Assembly: GCA_963714975.1 (NCBI GenBank)
Contig: CAVQQD010000002.1
Span: 1,088,001-1,152,000 of the forward strand
Source: an uncultured Gammaproteobacteria bacterium
Lineage (GTDB): Bacteria > Pseudomonadota > Gammaproteobacteria > JAURND01
Direction of reading: 5' to 3'
Length of the DNA: 64,000 nucleotides
Part shown: positions 39,485-51,113 of the stretch, one piece after another
Position numbering within the stretch: position 1 is the first letter of the stretch
How the letters are laid out: the number at the start of each line of letters is the position of its first letter
The notes under the pieces: generated by a model
Seen by the model: only the letters and a program-made list of their open reading frames with translations
What the model was told of the DNA's origin: nothing
The model's database searches: none
Made by a program: the position numbers and the translations under genes

Positions 39485-40093
39485 GTGAGTAATCGTATGT
39501 TCACCCCATTGGTGCAACAATTAATCGATCACTTACGTTGTTTAGCTGGCGTTGGGCCAAAGTCTGCCCAACGCATTGCTTTGCAATTACTCGAACGCAA
39601 TCGACCCATGGGTTTAGCCTTGGCTAATACTATCACGCAAGCGCTAACGACCGTCGGGCATTGCCAACTTTGTCGCACTTATAGTGAACAATCCTTATGC
39701 AACCTTTGCAGTGATTCTTCACGAATAGCGACGCAACTCTGTGTCGTAGAAACTCCTGCTGAGGTATGGGCCATTGAACAAAGCCGCAGCTTCAATGGAC
39801 TCTATTTCGTACTTATGGGGCGCTTATCCCCTTTAGATGGCATCGGTCCAGAAGAAATTCATATTCCAGCTTTAAAAAATCGCATTCAAACTCATGCAAT
39901 CCAAGAATTAATTTTAGCCACTAATCCGACTGTAGAAGGTGAAGCCACGGCGCACTACATTGCCAATCTGCTACAAGAGACAACCGTGCGTTGCACTCGC
40001 ATCGCCCATGGCGTACCTCTTGATGGAGAACTGGGTTATCTCGATATGGGAACCCTAGCCCGTGCTATGACCCGGAGAACAGTACTTGAATGA
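39485..40093 (+). CDS. recR: Recombination mediator RecR
   Basis: [10 protein letters not shown]4 zinc finger, LCVVE and [17 protein letters not shown]. Confidence 0.97.
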   Translation: MSNRMFTPLVQQLIDHLRCLAGVGPKSAQRIALQLLERNRPMGLALANTITQALTTVGHCQLCRTYSEQSLCNLCSDSSRIATQLCVVETPAEVWAIEQSRSFNGLYFVLMGRLSPLDGIGPEEIHIPALKNRIQTHAIQELILATNPTVEGEATAHYIANLLQETTVRCTRIAHGVPLDGELGYLDMGTLARAMTRRTVLE

Positions 40094-40866
40094 ACAATTT
40101 TATTTGCGATCTTAACGATTTTAAATTTATCCAGCTTACCGGTGAAAAAACCGCCCCCTTTTTGCAAGGACAACTCACTTGCGACATTCGCGAAGTGACT
40201 GAGCAACAAAGCCGACTCGCTGCCCACTGCAATCGTAAAGGCAAGGTCCAAGCCATCATGCGCGTAATGCAATTAAATGGCCATTTTTATTTAGAACTTC
40301 CCAACAGCCTGCTTGATTCAACCTTGCAACACTTGTTATCCATCGCTCTACTTTCACGAGTTCGTCTCACTAGCGCAGAATTAATTAGTTTAGGATGCTA
40401 TGGTGAGGAATTGAGTCATTCTCTCCAACAAATGTTAATCCCAACCGAATGCACAAAGATACGAATTTCTGACATCCGCTTTGAAGTGATTGGCCCTCCC
40501 GATACAATTGAAACTATTCGCAGTACTTTAAAACAACAATTTCCACTGCTATCCGAAGATTATTGGCAATGGCTGGATATCAAAGCGGGTATTCCCTGGA
40601 TTTATCCCGAAACCCAAAATTTGTTTACTCCTCACATGCTGGATTTACCTAAATTAGCTGCCGTGAGTTTTAAAAAGGGATGCTATGTCGGACAAGAGGT
40701 TATTGCACGGACTCACTATTTAGGCAAAACCAAACGTCAATTACAGAAAATTACGATAACTTCCCCAGACCTTCCAGCGCCTGGTACCCAGTGGGAAGAT
40801 GGTATTGTAATTAATGCTGCAGTGAATCCCATTACTAGGCAAGGCACTGCGTTGATAGTTGTTTAG
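40090..40866 (+). CDS. ygfZ: Folate-binding Fe/S cluster repair protein YgfZ
   Basis: FLQGQLTCD and the signature [12 protein letters not shown]. Confidence 0.92.
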   Translation: MNNFICDLNDFKFIQLTGEKTAPFLQGQLTCDIREVTEQQSRLAAHCNRKGKVQAIMRVMQLNGHFYLELPNSLLDSTLQHLLSIALLSRVRLTSAELISLGCYGEELSHSLQQMLIPTECTKIRISDIRFEVIGPPDTIETIRSTLKQQFPLLSEDYWQWLDIKAGIPWIYPETQNLFTPHMLDLPKLAAVSFKKGCYVGQEVIARTHYLGKTKRQLQKITITSPDLPAPGTQWEDGIVINAAVNPITRQGTALIVV

Positions 40867-40875
40867 GAATGTCTT

Positions 40876-41151
40876 TCAACATGCCTGCGCGGCTTTTGTC
40901 GAGACATTTGATTCAATTTCTTCTCCCTCTTCTGCGCGTTTGTCCCTTATAGGTGCGTATCCTAGATAGAAACATAACCCAAATAAAAATGCTCCTAATG
41001 CGGCACTTCCAAAGAGAACACCTAAGAACTGACTCTCGCTTAGAAGGTCTTCATTGAGCAACCCTATAAATGCTCCCACTAATAGTCCCGCCGCAAATCC
41101 CAGTGAAGAAGATTCTACTGTTTCGTTGATTCTCTGATTCTGATTCGGCAT
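40876..41151 (-). CDS. Small hypothetical 2-TM protein
   Basis: ATG 41151 with GAGGAG RBS; two Gly-rich hydrophobic helices. Confidence 0.65.
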   Translation of the reverse strand: MPNQNQRINETVESSSLGFAAGLLVGAFIGLLNEDLLSESQFLGVLFGSAALGAFLFGLCFYLGYAPIRDKRAEEGEEIESNVSTKAAQAC

Positions 41152-41217
41152 ATTTTCACTCCTCAATAATAAATGTTACTGTTAATACTTGCTTTTCTCA
41201 TTATGAAGTTTTGAGTG

Positions 41218-41266
41218 GTGGGTAATATATCCTTCTCCCCTTGTGGGAGAAGGATATATTACCCAC
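41218..41266. repeat. Family A core extended into a perfect 22-bp-arm hairpin
   Basis: GTGGGTAATATATCCTTCTCCC-CTTGT-GGGAGAAGGATATATTACCCAC. Confidence 0.88.
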
Positions 41267-41404
41267 TACGATTCTACATAGAACCGCAAATTTGTTCCAC
41301 CCCACCTCTTGAGGTAAACTCAGCCTTTTAGGTAGAGAACGTTGGAATCCGTTTAACTAGTTTCTTGCTTCCGTATCGAGTACGAGGTAGGCTCTGCAAG
41401 GATC

Positions 41405-41487
41405 TTATCCGATGCACACAACTCATTTAAGGTTCGCGTCCCGACATGGATGACGCGGCTATAAGATGTGTGGCCAACGATGGGATA
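41405..41487. repeat. Family D element (left TIR intact, right degenerate) upstream of lysS
   Basis: TTATCCGATGCACACAACT...CGCGTC-CCGACATGGAT-GACGCG...ATGTGTG..GGATA. Confidence 0.6.
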
Positions 41488-41506
41488 TTGAGTAAAAGGA
41501 GTAATA

Positions 41507-43051
41507 ATGCAAGAAAGTACTACTTTAGATCTGAACGAGCAAACTGCTCAGCGAAAAATGAAATTACGTGAGTTACGCGAAAAGGGTAATCCTTTTCCAA
41601 ATCAATTTCGTCGCAATGATTTTGTGGGAGATTTGTTACAATCTTATGAGAACGAAACAGAGCAGAGACTCGAGGAACAACCTGTCTCTGTTAAGTTAGC
41701 GGGGCGTATCATGACGCGCCGCGTTATGGGAAAGGCAAGCTTTGCTCACGTACAAGATATGACTGGAAAAATTCAGTTATATTTCAAGCAAGAATTGTTA
41801 GGGAATGAGGCCTATGCTCAATTTAAACATTGGGACTTAGGCGACATTATTGGGATCGAGGGAGTATTGTTTAAAACTAAAACCGGTGAACTCAGCGTCA
41901 AAGCCATTCATCTTTGTTTATTAACCAAAGCCTTGCAACCTTTACCGGATAAATTTCACGGCTTAGCCGATCAGGAAACACGCTATCGTCAGCGGTATTT
42001 AGATTTAATTGCCAATGAAGAAACACGACAAGTTTTTAAAACTCGTTCTGCAGTGGTCAGTGCTGTTCGGGAATTTCTCACCACTCGCAGGTTTTTAGAA
42101 GTTGAAACGCCGATGATGCATTCCATTCCAGGTGGTGCCGCAGCCCGTCCTTTTGTGACACAACATAATGCGTTAAACATGCGGCTATATTTGCGGATTG
42201 CACCGGAATTGTATTTGAAACGCTTAGTAGTCGGCGGCTTTGAACGTGTATTTGAAATTAATCGTAATTTTCGCAATGAAGGTTTGTCGACGCGGCATAA
42301 TCCAGAATTTACCATGTTGGAATTTTATTTAGCCTATGCGGATTATCATGATTTGATGGACTTGACTGAAGCAATGCTTCGCGAATTGTGCATGAAGGTT
42401 TTGGGAAGCACTCAACTAAGCTATCAAAGTGAGGTTTATGATTTTGCTCAGCCGATTCGGCGCCTGACATTAAAACAATCTTTGTTGCATTTTAATCCAA
42501 ATTTTACAACCGCAGATTTGGAAGATTTATCTAAACTCCGTGCGATTGCACAGTCGTTGGAAATCGCCGTGCGTGAGCACGATGGGATTGGTAAAATCCA
42601 ATATGAGCTCTTTGAAAAGACAGTAGAAGGAAATTTATTACAACCTACTTTTATTACAGAATTTCCTACTGAGGTTTCTCCCTTGGCACGAAAAAATGAC
42701 CAGAATCCTGAGGTGGTGGATCGATTTGAATTTTTTGTGGGTGGGCGTGAAATTGCCAATGGATTTTCTGAGCTGAATGATCCTGAAGATCAAGCAGAGC
42801 GGTTTCGTGACCAGGTGAAACATCGCGATGCGGGTGATTTAGAGGCGATGTTGTTTGATGCGGATTATATTTGTGCTCTGGAATATGGCTTACCCCCTAC
42901 TGCTGGGGAAGGAATTGGCATTGATCGTTTGGTGATGCTATTTACTGACTCGCCTTCCATTCGAGATGTGATTTTGTTTCCGCAGATGCGGCCTGCCTCT
43001 ATTACCCCTCCCCTTGTGGGAGAAGGTGCCCCTTCGACAGGCTCAGGGTAG
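41507..43051 (+). CDS. lysS: Lysyl-tRNA synthetase class II (C-terminal ~15 aa repeat-derived)
   Basis: [28 protein letters not shown] and [15 protein letters not shown]. Confidence 0.97.
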   Translation: MQESTTLDLNEQTAQRKMKLRELREKGNPFPNQFRRNDFVGDLLQSYENETEQRLEEQPVSVKLAGRIMTRRVMGKASFAHVQDMTGKIQLYFKQELLGNEAYAQFKHWDLGDIIGIEGVLFKTKTGELSVKAIHLCLLTKALQPLPDKFHGLADQETRYRQRYLDLIANEETRQVFKTRSAVVSAVREFLTTRRFLEVETPMMHSIPGGAAARPFVTQHNALNMRLYLRIAPELYLKRLVVGGFERVFEINRNFRNEGLSTRHNPEFTMLEFYLAYADYHDLMDLTEAMLRELCMKVLGSTQLSYQSEVYDFAQPIRRLTLKQSLLHFNPNFTTADLEDLSKLRAIAQSLEIAVREHDGIGKIQYELFEKTVEGNLLQPTFITEFPTEVSPLARKNDQNPEVVDRFEFFVGGREIANGFSELNDPEDQAERFRDQVKHRDAGDLEAMLFDADYICALEYGLPPTAGEGIGIDRLVMLFTDSPSIRDVILFPQMRPASITPPLVGEGAPSTGSG

Positions 43052-43093
43052 GCTGAAGGAATAATGCTGAGGCTTATTCCGGGGGAGAGGGGA
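43005..43093. repeat. Family A repeat supplying the lysS stop, plus a family B fragment at the prfB 3' end
   Basis: CCCCTCCCCTTGTGGGAGAAGGTGCCCCTTCGACAGGCTCAGGGTAG (same as 29361-29404); GGGGGAGAGGGGA encodes prfB IPSPP. Confidence 0.8.
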
Positions 43094-44193
43094 TTTGTAA
43101 TTGTTTCAAACTGGCCTCAATAAATTGATCTAAATCCCCATCTAATACTGCCTGCGTATTAGACGTTTCTACACCGGTGCGTAAATCTTTAATGCGCGAA
43201 GTATCTAACACATAAGAACGAATCTGGCTTCCCCAAGATATTTCCGATTTACTTGCTTCGACTGCTTGCTGCTCTTCTTGTTTTTTCTGCAGTTCAAGCT
43301 CATATAATTTAGCGCGCAATTGCTTTAAAGCTTGAGCGCGATTTTTATGTTGAGATCGTTCGTTTTGACACTGTACTACAATACCCGTCGACAAGTGGGT
43401 AATGCGCACTGCAGAATCGGTACGGTTGACATGCTGCCCGCCTGCCCCACTAGCACGATAGGTATCTACCCGTAAATCCGCGGGATTAATATCCACCTCA
43501 ATATCTTCATCAATTTCAGGCGAGACAAATACCGAGGCAAATGAAGTATGGCGCCGATTCCCCGAGTCAAAGGGTGATTTACGCACTAAACGATGCACCC
43601 CGGTTTCAGTTCTTAACCAACCATAGGCATAAGGCCCTGCAAAGCGCACAGAAACACTTTTAATGCCAGCAACCTCTCCTGCTGAAACTTCTAATAATTC
43701 CGTTTTAAACTGATGTTTATCCCCCCAACGTAAGTACATGCGCAATAGCATTTCTGCCCAATCTTGGGCCTCAGTGCCCCCTGAACCTGAATTAATATCC
43801 AGATAGGCATTGTTGGCGTCCAGGTTACCGGAAAACATGCGAGCAAACTCCAACTGCTCTACTTTTTGGGTCAAGCCCTCGACATCTTGTTTAATAGCAG
43901 CAAATGCCTGGGCATCATGTTCTTCGGCAGCTAATTCCAGCAAATATTCACTGTCTTGAATGCCTTGTTCTAATTGTTGCAAACTGTCAACTAAGCCCTC
44001 TAACTGCACCCGCTCCCGCCCTAAAGCTTGAGCATTTTCGGGATTATTCCACAATCGCGGATCCTCTAGATTGCGCACCACTTCTTCTAAACGTTCTCGT
44101 TTTCTATCCAGTTCAAAGATACCTCCCCAGCGCCATCACACGCTGTTTAAGATCTTTGAGCTGATCCACTAATGGATTAATTTCTAAAGTCAT
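43074..44193 (-). CDS. prfB: Peptide chain release factor 2, with programmed +1 frameshift at codon 26 (CTT TGA, 44118-44113)
   Basis: Frame 0 reads MTLEINPL...LGRYL* with internal SD GGGAGG; the +1 frame continues [12 protein letters not shown] and contains SPF and GGQ. Confidence 0.96.
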
Positions 44194-44265
44194 ATTAACC
44201 TACGCCTCATTTCGGGAAATGTTGTATCATACACCACTTTAAATACTCGATGGAGACATACACTC

Positions 44266-44853
44266 ATGAAAAAATCCCACTTTTCTCAGGAATCTTTAGA
44301 TGAAGAAAATAACATAGCCGAGGAAGAAGCTCCAGCCAAAGCATTAGACCGCCCTCTTTCCTATGAAGAGTTAGAAGGCAACTTAAATGAAGCCGAGGCT
44401 CAACTCAATGAGGCTATAACACGCGCCGAGGAATACAAAAATCAGGTCTTGCGTGCGCAAGCAGATGCTGAAAATGTCAAAAAGCGGGCCGAAAAAGACG
44501 CTGCAAGCCAAATTAAGTCGTCCTTAACACGCTTTATCAACGAATTACTACCCATCATTGATGGTATCGAAAGAGGTTTAAGTATAGAAGTTGGCGATAA
44601 TGAATTTGCCAAACATATGCATGAGGGCTTGGAAATGACGCTAAAATTATTTAATGAAGCCTTGGTCAAGTTCGATGTAAAACCAATTGACCCAATCAAC
44701 CAGGCATTTAACCCAGAACTTCATCAAGCGGTTTCTACCCTACCGAACCCTGAAGTACCTGAAAACACCATCATTCAAGTACTGCAAAAAGGCTACCAGC
44801 TTGGCGAGCGATTAATCCGCCCCGCCTTAGTGATTGTGGCAAAAAAATCTTGA
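44266..44853 (+). CDS. grpE: Nucleotide exchange factor GrpE
   Basis: LRAQADAEN, FNPELHQA and QKGYQL..RLIRPALV. Confidence 0.95.
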   Translation: MKKSHFSQESLDEENNIAEEEAPAKALDRPLSYEELEGNLNEAEAQLNEAITRAEEYKNQVLRAQADAENVKKRAEKDAASQIKSSLTRFINELLPIIDGIERGLSIEVGDNEFAKHMHEGLEMTLKLFNEALVKFDVKPIDPINQAFNPELHQAVSTLPNPEVPENTIIQVLQKGYQLGERLIRPALVIVAKKS

Positions 44854-44877
44854 AATTCAGAAGAGACACCCCCAACT
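44849..44877 (+). promoter_or_regulatory. Sigma32 (RpoH) promoter of dnaK
   Basis: CTTGAAA-13/14 bp-CCCCAACT matches the heat-shock consensus. Confidence 0.75.
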
Positions 44878-44895
44878 ACAAGACTATCAGACAAG

Positions 44896-44934
44896 AATCC
44901 CGTCTCCCACAAAAACATAGTGGGAGAAGGGATT
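44896..44934. repeat. Family A-related hairpin in the dnaK leader
   Basis: AATCCCGTCTCCCAC-AAAAACATA-GTGGGAGAAGGGATT. Confidence 0.6.
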
Positions 44935-44970
44935 TAAACAACTTTACTTAGTATTCGGAGAATTAACAAT

Positions 44971-46950
44971 ATGGCTACTTCTGCATCATCCATTATCGGC
45001 ATTGACTTAGGCACCACGAACTCTTGCGTCGCTGTATTAGAAGCCGGAGGAAAAGTACGCGTTATCGAAAATAGTGAAGGAGATCGCACTACCCCTTCTA
45101 TCATTGCCTATACTAAAGATGGTGAAGTCCTCGTAGGTCAGTCTGCCAAACGGCAAGCTGTCACCAATCCTCACAATACCTTGTATGCAATTAAGCGATT
45201 GATTGGACGAAAGTTCAAAGATGATGTTGTACAAAGCGATATCAAAATGGTGCCCTACAAAATTATTGAAGCAGATAATGGCGATGCTTGGGTTCAAGCT
45301 GAAGACCGAAAATTAGCTCCCCCGCAGATTTCTGCCCAAGTGTTGATGAAGATGAAAAAGACTGCTGAGGATTATCTGGGTCATCCCGTCACTGAAGCAG
45401 TGATTACCGTGCCTGCTTATTTTAATGATTCACAACGTCAAGCCACCAAAGATGCCGGACGCATTGCCGGTCTAGAAGTTAAGCGCATTATCAATGAACC
45501 AACCGCTGCTGCTCTAGCCTATGGTTTAGACAAAAAACCTGGAGATCGTAAGATTGCGGTTTATGATCTAGGTGGTGGTACCTTTGATATCTCCATCATT
45601 GAAATTGCAGCAGTCGAGGGGGAAAAGCAATTCGAGGTATTATCGACCAATGGTGATACCTTCTTAGGTGGTGAAGATTTTGACCAGCGCATTATTGAGT
45701 TTATTGTCACCGAATTTAAAAAGGAACAAGGGATCGACTTACGTAATGATCCTCTGGCATTACAAAGACTTAAAGAAGCTGCAGAAAAGGCCAAAATTGA
45801 GCTTTCTTCCTCGATGCAAACCGATATTAACTTGCCTTATATCACGGCAGACAGCACCGGACCCAAACATCTCAACATTCGCCTAACTCGCGCCAAATTG
45901 GAATCACTAGTTGAAAATTTGGTTGATCGCACCATTGATCCTTGCAAAATAGCGCTTAAAGATGCCAACTTGAAAGCCTCTGACATTGATGAAGTGATCC
46001 TAGTGGGTGGTCAAACCCGAATGCCCAAAGTGCAAGAAGCTGTACGAAAATTCTTCGAGAAAGATGCGCGGCATGATGTTAACCCCGATGAGGCAGTCGC
46101 AATGGGCGCAGCAATCCAAGCGGGTGTTTTATCCGGTCATGTAAAAGATATTTTATTGCTAGACGTCACCCCCTTATCTTTGGGTATCGAAACTCTAGGT
46201 GGGGTCATGACCAAGTTAATTGAGAAAAATACTACAATACCGACCAAGGCGACTCAGACATTTTCAACTGCCGACGACAATCAAACTGCGGTGACCGTCC
46301 ATGTGTTACAAGGGGAACGCGAAATAGCCTCGGCCAATAAATCGTTAGGTCGTTTTGATCTTTCTGACATTCCTCCGGCACGCCGAGGTATGCCACAAAT
46401 CGAAGTCATCTTTGATATTGATGCGAATGGTATCCTACATGTTTCAGCCAAAGATAAAGCCACTGGTAAGCAACAATCGATTGTAATTAAAGCTTCTAGT
46501 GGTTTATCCGAAGATGAAATTAATCGTATGCTGCATGATGCTGAAGAACACCGCGAAGCAGACAAGAAGTTTCATGAACTCGTAGAAATATGTAATAAAG
46601 CGGACAGTTTGATTCATGCGACGACTAAATCGTTACAAGATCTGGGCAGCAAGGTCACCAGTGAAGAAAAAGCCAGTATTGAATCAGCCATTGATGCTTT
46701 AAAAGAAGCCATGAAGTCTGATGACAAAGAAGCTATCGAACAACGAACCCAAGCGCTCACAGACGCATCAAGTAAAGTAGTACAACGTGCCTATGAAGAA
46801 AAAGGCACTGCTGCTGACGACGCAGCAGGAGCAGGCAGTGCTGGTGCTGGCGGTGGCGGTAGTGAAGAAGGGGCACAAAAACCCAAGGGCGATAATGTGG
46901 TTGATGCCGAGTTTGAAGAGGTTAAGGATAATAAAGAAGATAAACAATAA
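44971..46950 (+). CDS. dnaK: Chaperone DnaK (Hsp70)
   Basis: [27 protein letters not shown] and VVDAEFEEV. Confidence 0.98.
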   Translation: MATSASSIIGIDLGTTNSCVAVLEAGGKVRVIENSEGDRTTPSIIAYTKDGEVLVGQSAKRQAVTNPHNTLYAIKRLIGRKFKDDVVQSDIKMVPYKIIEADNGDAWVQAEDRKLAPPQISAQVLMKMKKTAEDYLGHPVTEAVITVPAYFNDSQRQATKDAGRIAGLEVKRIINEPTAAALAYGLDKKPGDRKIAVYDLGGGTFDISIIEIAAVEGEKQFEVLSTNGDTFLGGEDFDQRIIEFIVTEFKKEQGIDLRNDPLALQRLKEAAEKAKIELSSSMQTDINLPYITADSTGPKHLNIRLTRAKLESLVENLVDRTIDPCKIALKDANLKASDIDEVILVGGQTRMPKVQEAVRKFFEKDARHDVNPDEAVAMGAAIQAGVLSGHVKDILLLDVTPLSLGIETLGGVMTKLIEKNTTIPTKATQTFSTADDNQTAVTVHVLQGEREIASANKSLGRFDLSDIPPARRGMPQIEVIFDIDANGILHVSAKDKATGKQQSIVIKASSGLSEDEINRMLHDAEEHREADKKFHELVEICNKADSLIHATTKSLQDLGSKVTSEEKASIESAIDALKEAMKSDDKEAIEQRTQALTDASSKVVQRAYEEKGTAADDAAGAGSAGAGGGGSEEGAQKPKGDNVVDAEFEEVKDNKEDKQ

Positions 46951-47017
46951 TAGTTAACTATTCAGCAGCTGCCTGTTTTGCCAACTGTGGCAATATTGGG
47001 GCGAGACAACAACGCTT

Positions 47018-48130
47018 ATGACTAATAAAAGAGACTATTACGAAGTATTGGGAGTTTCTCAATCAGCTTCGAATGAAGAAATTAAAAAAGCCTTTCGTGG
47101 TTTAGCGATGAAATATCACCCGGATCGCTATTCGGGTGATAAAGGCGAACAGTTCAAAGAAATAAAAGAAGCTTACGAAGTCTTAAGCGATAGCAAAAAA
47201 CGCGGGCTTTACGACCAATTCGGTCATGCTGGAGTTGCCGGAGCAGGCGGTGGCGCTGGCGCTCATGGTTTTGACTTTGGTGACATCAGTGACATCTTTG
47301 GGAATATCTTCGGTGACGCCTTTGGTGGCGGACGAAGAAGGCAAGCACAACGCGGGGCGGACTTAGTCTATAATTTGGAACTGAGTCTAGAAAATGCCGT
47401 ACATGGCACCGCGGTGCAAATTCAAGTGCCTACCTGGGTAGTCTGTACGGAATGCCATGGCTCAGGAGCTAAAAAAGGCAGTACACCTATCACTTGTTCT
47501 ACCTGCGGGGGACAAGGTCAAGTCTACATGCAGCAAGGTTTCTTCTCGGTCAGCCAAACTTGTCCCGATTGTCGTGGTGAAGGAAAAATTATCCGCGATC
47601 CCTGCCATCATTGTCGAGGGCATGGTCGAGTAGAACAAATTAAAACATTATCAGTTAAAATTCCCGCGGGCATTGATACCGGGGATAGAATTCGTCTCCA
47701 AGGCGAAGGCGAGGCGGGAATGCATGGATCACCTGCCGGTGATTTGTATGTGCAAATTAAAATCAAACCCCATCCTATTTTCACCCGCGAAGAAACCGAT
47801 TTACATTGTGAGGTTCCTATTAGCTTTAGCTGTGCTTGTCTAGGCGGCGAGATCGACATCCCTACTCTTGATGGGAAGGTGATGTTAAAAATCCCCGCAG
47901 AAACCCAAAGTGGTAAACTATTTCGCTTACGCGGCAAAGGCGTCAAATCGATTCGCAGTGGACGCGCCGGTGAGTTATTTTGCCGCGTTGTGGTAGAAAC
48001 GCCGGTAAATCTTACCCGCGAACAAAAAGATTGGCTCAAACAACTTGAAGAATCCTTAGAGAAAGGCGGTGAGAAACACAGTCCTAAATCTAAAACTTGG
48101 TTTGATAGCGTGAAACAGTTTTTTTCGTAG
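47018..48130 (+). CDS. dnaJ: Chaperone DnaJ
   Basis: J domain HPD, G/F region and four CxxCxGxG motifs. Confidence 0.98.
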   Translation: MTNKRDYYEVLGVSQSASNEEIKKAFRGLAMKYHPDRYSGDKGEQFKEIKEAYEVLSDSKKRGLYDQFGHAGVAGAGGGAGAHGFDFGDISDIFGNIFGDAFGGGRRRQAQRGADLVYNLELSLENAVHGTAVQIQVPTWVVCTECHGSGAKKGSTPITCSTCGGQGQVYMQQGFFSVSQTCPDCRGEGKIIRDPCHHCRGHGRVEQIKTLSVKIPAGIDTGDRIRLQGEGEAGMHGSPAGDLYVQIKIKPHPIFTREETDLHCEVPISFSCACLGGEIDIPTLDGKVMLKIPAETQSGKLFRLRGKGVKSIRSGRAGELFCRVVVETPVNLTREQKDWLKQLEESLEKGGEKHSPKSKTWFDSVKQFFS

Positions 48131-48136
48131 ATTTTA

Positions 48137-48288
48137 CCTCTCCCCTTGTGGGGGAGGCCGCCGCGCCGTAAGGCGCGCGGGTGAGGGGTAAGCAGCAGTG
48201 AGCATTTAGCTAATAAAATGCTCCTTACTGGCTTTAAGTTTACCCCTCATCCGCCCTTTCGGGCACCTTCTCCCACAAGGGGAGAAGG
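48137..48288. repeat. Inverted doublet of family A repeats (REPIN-like) after dnaJ
   Basis: Reverse copy 48137-48190 and forward copy 48241-48288, with a ~50-nt spacer. Confidence 0.8.
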
Positions 48289-48329
48289 ATTTTTACGCAC
48301 AAAGATGGAGGTCCATATATTGCGAATAG

Positions 48330-48632
48330 TTACTTATTATTTGAAGTGGAAACGGAAGATGACTCACCGCTAGGCTGTTCTTTATCAGCTTGAGAACGTA
48401 GGCACCACAATGACGCGATTATTGCAAGCATTCCCACTAACATTAAAATAAATCCGCTAGTAGCTGTTTTATTTATTGCGGAATCAAAACCTAAATCTGC
48501 ATGAGCATCCAGTACACTCTGACTCCCAACCGAAGCTATTAGTGTCCAGAAACCCACACCAAAGGTTACCGGACCAAAGCATACAGCACCTATTAAGCCT
48601 ACTTCGGATAATGTTTGTTTATAATTGACCAT
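48330..48632 (-). CDS. Small hypothetical 2-TM protein
   Basis: 100-aa ORF with GAGG RBS, two hydrophobic helices and a Ser-rich tail. Confidence 0.6.
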   Translation of the reverse strand: MVNYKQTLSEVGLIGAVCFGPVTFGVGFWTLIASVGSQSVLDAHADLGFDSAINKTATSGFILMLVGMLAIIASLWCLRSQADKEQPSGESSSVSTSNNK

Positions 48633-48644
48633 AGCTTTATATCC

Positions 48645-50336
48645 TCATTGATTGCTGGCAATTCTAACTTTTTTATGGTAAAACGCGAGCCCGATTTGTA
48701 AAACCTGAACGATTCCATGACTTTTTAAAGTAGCAGCATAGCGTCGATCGATGATTTGCTGCAGCGCCTCCTCTGCAGCTTCTTCTAAAGACTGCGCAGC
48801 ATTCCGGATTGTTTTAAATTCCATCACAATACCTAATTGAGTAGGATCTTTTGGAATTAGCATCACATCATAACGCCCGTCACCACTTTCCTTATTGGAT
48901 TGAACTTCATGAGTAGCTTGTAAGCTGACGATAAGACCTAAGACAAAACCGTGATAAAATTTTTCTGGATGCCTACCTGTCACATCAAATAAGCTGAAAG
49001 TGATTTCAAGACAATCTTGTAACCCCAGACCAAAAGCCTCAACATGCCCTTCCGTGAGATGTTTTAAAAAACTTTGATAAGTGCTATTGCCTAATTTATC
49101 AGAAAACCAGCCATAAATAATACCTCGATATAAAAGGAGAACCTCATGATTAGGCGCTATCAATTGTACATTAATACAAGTATCAAATTCTCTGCGCTCT
49201 CTATCAGTCGCTTTTAAATAACCACTAAACAGTAGCAAACTCCAGACAGCATCATTATTATTATCCAGATCACCAAAGACCGTATTTTCCTCGATGATCG
49301 CTGAAACAGGCTCATTCCGTAGCAGCTTTGCTAGATTTTCCTTGAGAGCCACATCCCCCTTGGCGAGTTGTCGTTTGATTAACTCATTACCGCTGGTATT
49401 AACCCAATAGGGCTGCACTTCTCCTTGGTTTTTAATGCAACTTACAATAGACCAGGGATTATAAATAACGGTATTACCGCATTGATAGCCATTGTACCAT
49501 CCACGAATACGGACAGAATCATACTCTAAATTAGCCTGCTGCAATAAAGAAACGACTTCTGATTCAGTAAATCCGAAATATTCACTATAACCTGAATGTA
49601 ATAGAGTATAGACCTGGACATTATTTAATCCAGAAAATAAGCTTTCTTTAGCAATACGTAAAATTCCAGTGATTACTACCTTTTCTAAATAAGGATTAGT
49701 TTTTAATACCGCACTTAAAACCCCGCGCATTAAACTAATCATTTCTAGATAATAGTCATGCACAAAGGCCGATTGAATTGGCGCATCATATTCATCAATC
49801 AATAACCAGACTCGTTGCGTCGTATGGCGAAATATATATTCGGTTAAATTCCGTAAAGAGGCATGTATTTCAGATTCACTGGCTTGTTTGGCTAAGATTT
49901 TATGATAGACCACTTTTTCTTCTACATCTAAACTGCCCCCATCCAAGACATAACGATGTTCCCGATAAGTACGGCGAATCAGCTCATGCAAGTTTCCAGT
50001 AGCTACCTGAAGATTATGGTCTTTGACGTCTTTGAGAGTAAGAAAAATAACCGGGTGTTTTCCTTGATACTGCATATACTGCTCGCCCAAAGAAGCAATT
50101 TTGAAACGATCAAATAATCCTTGAGTTTTGCGACCATAGACATCCGCTGCAAAAAAATGCTGCAACATTGATAGATTCAGGGTCTTGCCAAAACGCCGAG
50201 GGCGAGTGATGACCATAACGCTGCTCGGGTCATCGATAATTTCTTGAATCAACAAAGTTTTATCAACGAAATCTAATCCTTTCTCAAGGATTTCACCAAA
50301 ATTATCCTGACCTATTGGTAGTCGTAATTTAGACAT
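48645..50336 (-). CDS. AAA-ATPase-like protein with C-terminal PD-(D/E)XK nuclease domain
   Basis: LPIG..F, DKT, RPRRFGKTLNLSML, LIDEYD, WYNGY, YNPWS and SNKESGDGRYD...MEFK. Confidence 0.9.
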   Translation of the reverse strand: MSKLRLPIGQDNFGEILEKGLDFVDKTLLIQEIIDDPSSVMVITRPRRFGKTLNLSMLQHFFAADVYGRKTQGLFDRFKIASLGEQYMQYQGKHPVIFLTLKDVKDHNLQVATGNLHELIRRTYREHRYVLDGGSLDVEEKVVYHKILAKQASESEIHASLRNLTEYIFRHTTQRVWLLIDEYDAPIQSAFVHDYYLEMISLMRGVLSAVLKTNPYLEKVVITGILRIAKESLFSGLNNVQVYTLLHSGYSEYFGFTESEVVSLLQQANLEYDSVRIRGWYNGYQCGNTVIYNPWSIVSCIKNQGEVQPYWVNTSGNELIKRQLAKGDVALKENLAKLLRNEPVSAIIEENTVFGDLDNNNDAVWSLLLFSGYLKATDRERREFDTCINVQLIAPNHEVLLLYRGIIYGWFSDKLGNSTYQSFLKHLTEGHVEAFGLGLQDCLEITFSLFDVTGRHPEKFYHGFVLGLIVSLQATHEVQSNKESGDGRYDVMLIPKDPTQLGIVMEFKTIRNAAQSLEEAAEEALQQIIDRRYAATLKSHGIVQVLQIGLAFYHKKVRIASNQ

Positions 50337-50339
50337 TTT

Positions 50340-51113
50340 TCAATCTAACAAACGTTTTGCGGCAGCGAATAATAATTCACTGTCACTAACAGGCATATCG
50401 GTATTTTTTTCACGCCAGACATCGTATTTTCTAGCGGTATCTTTAATAGCTGCGTCACTCGCCATTTTTATTTTGCCACCCATTGACATTGTTAACACCT
50501 GAATTTTGCAAGCATATTCTAAGTAATAATAATACCAAAACGCGTCGAAAATATTTTTTCCCACCGCTAACAATCCATGATTACGCAAAATTAGACATTG
50601 CTTGCCTTTTAGATCACGCATCAACTCTGCTTGGGTATCATCGTTAATAAATAAGGTTTCGAATTCATGATAGCCTACCTTGCCATAAAACATCATACCA
50701 ATCTGGTCGAGTAATAGTAATTCCGTATCTAAACTCGAAATGGCAACGCCATTGTGCGAATGGGTATGTAAAACGCAATTTATTTCAGGATAGGCTCGAT
50801 AAATCGCACGATGCACCGTAGTGCCGTTTTTATTATTAGAAAAGCCCAAGCGACTTTCGATAATATTGCCATCAAAATCTACTTTCACTAAATTTTCGGC
50901 AGTGACCTCTCTAAACGTCAAACCAAATGGATTAATCAGCAAAGCATCTTCGTTGGGAACACGCACCGACAAATGAGTGACAATTAAATCGCACCATTGA
51001 TAGTAATCAAAGATGCGATATAAATAAGCCAGCTGAGTGCGCAAATTAGCTTCTGAAGGATCACGCGCTTGTTCCACACTGGCAATTAAAGCTTTTTGAT
51101 CAAGTCGAGTCAT
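50340..51113 (-). CDS. Class II aldolase/adducin family protein
   Basis: THLSVRVP, LINPFG, HRAIY..CVLHTHS and LILRNHGLL. Confidence 0.9.
   Translation of the reverse strand: MTRLDQKALIASVEQARDPSEANLRTQLAYLYRIFDYYQWCDLIVTHLSVRVPNEDALLINPFGLTFREVTAENLVKVDFDGNIIESRLGFSNNKNGTTVHRAIYRAYPEINCVLHTHSHNGVAISSLDTELLLLDQIGMMFYGKVGYHEFETLFINDDTQAELMRDLKGKQCLILRNHGLLAVGKNIFDAFWYYYYLEYACKIQVLTMSMGGKIKMASDAAIKDTARKYDVWREKNTDMPVSDSELLFAAAKRLLD

Noticed and set aside
36419-39583. Diversity-generating retroelement template/variable repeat pair
   Set aside because: The differences are not adenine-specific, are mostly synonymous, and no reverse transcriptase is in the window.
41290-41500. 6S RNA, lysine riboswitch or T-box upstream of lysS
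   Set aside because: No recognisable consensus motifs, and part of the region is explained by a family D repeat. An Rfam scan would settle it.
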